DNA from: the human T2T-CHM13v2.0 reference genome, Homo sapiens
DNA: 64,000 nucleotides
NCBI RefSeq assembly: GCF_009914755.1
Contig: NC_060939.1
Direction: 5' to 3' (one strand)
A model generated the notes under the pieces. The model saw only the letters and a program-made list of their open reading frames with translations. It was not told where the DNA came from and ran no database searches. A program made the translations under genes and the position numbers. Positions within the stretch are counted from its first letter, which is position 1. The number at the start of each line of letters is the position of its first letter. This document shows, piece after piece, positions 59,601 through 64,000 of this stretch.

Positions 59601-60600
59601 GCATTCCATTCGATTACATTATATTCGAAAAAGTTCCATTCAAGACCATTTCTTTTGAGTCCATTCTATTTGAGTCCATTCCCTTTGATTCCATAACTTT
59701 TGAGTCCATTCAATTCCATTCCTTTCGTTTCCATTCCATTTGATGCCATTCCATTCAATTCTGTTCTACTCGACTCCAATACATTCAATTCCATTCCATC
59801 CGATTCCATTACATTCTTTTCATTTCTTATCCATTTCAAGCCATTCCACTCCATTCCATTCCACTCGTTTCCTTTCCATTCGAGTCCATTCCTCTCCAGT
59901 CCATTCCGTTCAATCCATTCCATTCCAGTCCATTCCATTCGAGTCCGTTCCATTCCAGTCCATTCCATTCGAGTCAATTCCATTCCATTCGATGTCTTTC
60001 CATAACGATCCATTCCATTCTATTCCTTTCGATTCCATTCCATTCTATTTCATTCCATTCGATTCCCTTCCGTTGGACTCCTTTCCATTCGAGTGCATTC
60101 CATTCCATTCCATTTCTTTCCGTTCTGTACGATTCCTACCGTTCGATTTCATTTTGTTCCAGTCCATTCTTTCGCGTCCATTCCATTCCATTTCACTCCA
60201 TTCGATTCCATTCCACTCGATTCCACTTCGTTCCATTTCATTGCATTCCATTCTATTCAACTCTATTGCCTTCCATTCCATTCCATTCGATTACATTCCA
60301 TGCGATTCCATTCGAAATCGAATCAATTACATTGCAATCCATTACTATTGAGTCCGTTTTATTCCAGTCCACTGCATTCTGGTCCATTCCATTTGATTCC
60401 ATTCCATTCTATTCCATTCCATACAGTTGCATTCCATTGGATTCCATGCTATATCTATAAATTCAATTCGAGACCATTGCTTTTGAGTCCATTCTATATG
60501 ATTCCATTCCATTCAAGTCCATTACATTTGGTTAAATTCCATTCCATTCGGTTCAATTCCATTCCATTCCATTCCCTTCCATTCCATTCCAGTTGATATC
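49930..60600 (+). repeat. Sub-domain 4: homogenised block (U29-U34) with a 3606 bp dimer at its start
   Basis: All six units share a 1 bp deletion (GTCCATTCTTTCGCG) and a 15 bp duplication (TTTGGTTAAATTCCATTCCATTCGGTTCAA). Lengths are 1798, 1808, 1798, 1807, 1803 and 1808. CTGTACAATT recurs at 51117/54723 (+3606). Confidence 0.9.
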
Positions 60601-63600
60601 AATCCATTCGATTCCATTCCATTCGAGCACATTCCATTCGAGTCCATTCCATTCGATGCCATTCCATTTGATTCTATTCCATTAGTCTCCATTCAATTCC
60701 ATTAATCTCCATTCCATTCCATTCTACTCCAACTGATTCCATTCCATTCTATTCCTTTCCATTCCATTTCATTCCATTCCATTCCATTCCATTCCATTCC
60801 ATTCGTGTCCATTCCACTCCAGTCCATTCCATTCGTGTCCATTCCATTCCAGTCCATTCCATTTGTGTCCACTGCATTCCATTCCACTCCATTCCATATT
60901 ATTCCATTACACTCCATTCCATTCTATTACTTTCATTTCCATTCAATTCCATTCCATTTGATTCCATTCCACTCGGTTTCATTCCATTTGAGTCCACTCC
61001 ATTCCATTCCATTCCATTCCATTCAGTTCCATTCCATTCTGTTCCATTCCATTCCGTTCCATTACATTCCATTCCATTCGGTACCATTCCATATTGTTCC
61101 ATTCGATTCCATTCGAATCCATTCCATTCCAGTCCATTCCATTCGATTCCATTCCATTCATTTCAATTCCATTCCATTCCATTCCATTACATTCCACTTG
61201 ATTCCTCTCCATTCCCTTCCACTGCATTCCGTTCGATTCCATTCCATTGCATTGCATTCCATTCCATTGGATTGCATTCCATTCGATTCCATTCCATTCG
61301 AATCAATTACATAGCAATCCATTACATTCGAGTCTATTCTATTCCTTTCCATTCGATTTCGTTCCAATCCTTTCGATTCCATTCCATTCGATTCCATTCC
61401 ATACTATTGCATTCCATTCGATTACATTATATTCGAATAAGTTCCATTCAAGACCATTTCTTTTGAGTCCATTCTATTTGAGTCCATTCCCTTTGATTCC
61501 ATAACATTTGAGTCCATTCAATTCCATTCCTTTCGTTTCCATTCCATTTGATGCCATTCCATTCAATTCTGTTCTACTCGACTCCAATACATTCAATTCC
61601 ATTCCATCCGATTCCATTACATTCTTTTCATTTCTTATCCATTTCAAGCCATTACACTCCATTCCATTCCACTCGTTTCCTTTCCATTCGAGTCCATTCC
61701 TCTCCAGTCCATTTCGTTCAATCCATTCTATTCCAGTCCATTCCATTCGAGTCCGTTCCATTCCAGTCCATTCCATTTCAGTCAATTCCATTCCATTCGA
61801 TGTCTTTCCATAACGATCCATTCCATTCTATTCCTTTCGATTCCATTCCATTCTATTTCATTCCATTCGATTCCCTTCCATTGGACTCCTTTCCATTCGA
61901 GTGCATTCCATTCCTTTCCATTTCTTTCCGTTCTGTACGATTCCTACCGTTCGATTTCATTTTGTTCCAGTCCATTCCTTTCGCGTCCATTCCATTCCAT
62001 TTCACTCCATTCGATTCCATTCCACTCGATTCCACTTCGTTCCATTTCATTGCATTCCATTCTATTCACTCTATTGCCTTCCATTCCATTCCATTCGATT
62101 ACATTCCATGCGATTCCATTCGAAATCGAATCAATTACATTGCAATCCATTACTATTGAGTCCGTTTTATTCCAGTCCACTGCATTCTGGTCCATTCCAT
62201 TTGATTCCATTCCATTCTATTCCATTCCATACAGTTGCATTCCATTGGTTTCCATGCTATATCTATAAATTCAATTCGAGACCATTGCTTTTGAGTCCAT
62301 TCTATATGATTCCATTCCATTCAAGTCCATTACATTTGGTTCAATTCCATTCCATTCCATTCCCTTCCATTCCATTCCATTTAATATCAATCCATTCGAT
62401 TCCATTCCATTCGAGCACATTCCATTCGAGTCCATTCCATTCGATGCCATTCCATTTGATTCTATTCCATTAGTCTCCATTCAATTCCATTAATCTCCAT
62501 TCCATTCCATTCTACTCCAACTGATTCCATTCCATTCTATTCCTTTCCATTCCATTTCATTCCATTCCATTCCATTTCATTCCATTCCATTCCATTCGTG
62601 TCCATTCCACTCCAGTCCATTCCATTCGTGTCCATTCCATTCCAGTCCATTCCAGTTGTGTCCACTGCATTCCATTCCACTCCATTCCATATTATTCCAT
62701 TACACTCCATTCCATTCTATTACTTTCATTTCCCTTCAATTCCATTCCATTTGATTCCATTCCACTCGGTTTCATTCCATTTGAGTCCACTCCACTCCAT
62801 TCCATTCCATTCCATTCCATTCAGTTCCATTCCATTCTGTTCCATTCCATTCCGTTCCATTGCATTCCATTCCATTCGGTACCATTCCATATTGTTCCAT
62901 TCGATTCCATTCGAATCCATTCCATTCCAGTCCATTCCATTCGATTCCATTCCATTCCTTTCAATTCCATTCCATTCCATTCCATTCCACTTGATTCCAC
63001 TCCATTCCCTTCCACTGCATTCCATTGCATTGCATTCCATTCCATTGGACTGCATTCCATTCGATTCCATTCCATTCGAATCAATTACATAGCAATTCAT
63101 TACATTCGAGTCTATTCTCTTCCGTTCCATTCGATTTCGTTCCAATCCATTCGATTCCATTCCATTCGATTCCATTCCATACTATTGCATTCCATTCGAT
63201 TACATTATATTCGAATAAGTTCCATTCAAGACCATTTCTTTTGAGTCCATTCTATTTGAGTCCATTCCCTTTGATTCCATAACATTTGAGTCCATTCAAT
63301 TCCATTCCTTTCGTTTCCATTCCATTTGATGCCATTCCATTCAATTCTGTTCTACTCGACTCCAATACATTCAATTCCATTCCATCCGATTCCATTACAT
63401 TCTTTTCATTTCTTATCCATTTCAAGCCATTCCACTCCATTCCATTCCACTCGTTTCCTTTCCATTCGAGTCCATTCCTCTCCAGTCCATTCCGTTCAAT
63501 CCATTCCATTCCAGTCCATTCCATTCGAGTCCGTTCCATTCCAGTCCATTCCATTCGAGTCAATTCCATTCCATTCGATGTCTTTCCATAACGATCCATT

Positions 63601-64000
63601 CCATTCTATTCCTTTCGATTCCATTCCATTCTATTTCATTCCATTCGATTCCCTTCCATTGGACTCCTTTCCATTCGAGTGCATTCCATTCCGTTCCATT
63701 TCTTTCCGTTCTGTACGATTCCTACCGTTCGATTTCATTTTGTTCCAGTCCATTCTTTCGCGTCCATTCCATTCCATTTCACTCCATTCGATTCCATTCC
63801 ACTCGATTCCACTTCGTTCCATTTCATTGCATTCCATTCTATTCAACTCTATTGCCTTCCATTCCATTCCATTCGATTACATTCCATGCGATTCCATTCG
63901 AAATCAAATCAATTACATTGCAATCCATTACTATTGAGTCCGTTTTATTCCAGTCCACTGCATTCTGGTCCATTCCATTTGATTCCATTCCATTCTATTC

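Larger units (their letters stand above)
1..64000 (+). repeat. Human Satellite III (HSat3) array, (CATTC)n-derived, ~1.8 kb tandem unit, ~35.5 copies; runs off both ends of the window
   Basis: Continuous CATTC/CATTCG/GATTC pentamer variants with a C+T-rich, G-poor plus strand throughout. Unique landmarks (GGTACC, GATATC, CTGTACGATTCCTACCG, CTTTCGCGTCC, TATATCTATAAATTC, GAGCACATT) recur at ~1.75-1.83 kb spacing. Runs of perfect CATTC and the lack of a dominant CATTCGATGAT motif favour HSat3 over HSat2. Confidence 0.98.

Noticed and set aside
23-63937. All six-frame ORFs, e.g. the recurring 308 aa MMPFHS..., the 377 aa ORF at 49246-50379 and the minus-strand MEWNG repeats
   Set aside because: (CATTC)n has no stop codon on either strand and translates to IPFHS / MEWNG. 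The ORFs overlap in several frames on both strands, recur with the unit and are freely frameshifted by 5 bp indels, so there is no evidence of coding constraint.
1-64000. CRISPR-like or repeat-spacer array, or a new prokaryote-style system
   Set aside because: There are no constant repeats separated by unique spacers and no associated genes. Sequence between landmarks is near-identical from unit to unit.
1-64000. Inversion or transposable element (Alu/L1) insertion
   Set aside because: No GGAAT-rich plus-strand segment, poly(A) tail or non-satellite stretch was seen anywhere in the window.
1-64000. Assignment to DYZ1 (Yq12), HSat2 (1q12) or alpha satellite
   Set aside because: DYZ1 has a ~3.6 kb basic unit, whereas adjacent 1.8 kb units here are near-identical. 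HSat2-type GATGAT-rich motifs are absent. There is no 171 bp monomer or CENP-B box.

Overview
The whole 64 kb window is one uninterrupted, single-orientation array of degenerate CATTC pentamers: human classical Satellite III (HSat3). It is organised as about 35.5 copies of a ~1.8 kb unit that carries one KpnI site. That signature fits the chromosome 15 D15Z1 (HSat3A5-type) array, an assignment from recall that needs alignment. I found no credible gene, RNA gene, transposon, CRISPR array or inversion; all listed ORFs are translations of the pentamer (IPFHS / MEWNG). I do not see a new gene-based biological system. The real structure is nested periodicity, readable from shared variants: 5 bp pentamer, an ancient ~0.9 kb half-unit, the 1.8 kb unit, and local multimers of 3606 bp (2 units), 5317 and 5461 bp (3 units) and 9020 bp (5 units). 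There is also a ~36 kb long-range relationship, a short gene-conversion-like patch, and a doubly rearranged 1480 bp unit at a domain boundary. Units are numbered U1-U36 from the anchor TTGAGTCCATTCAATTCC at 598, 2417, 4216, 5980, 7734, 9533, 11292, 13081, 14885, 16689, 18493, 20297, 22101, 23905, 25709, 27513, 29317, 31109, 32908, 34697, 36501, 38334, 40158, 41962, 43795, 45628, 47417, 49206, 50686, 52484, 54292, 56090, 57897, 59700, 61508 and 63286. All variant calls were made by eye.
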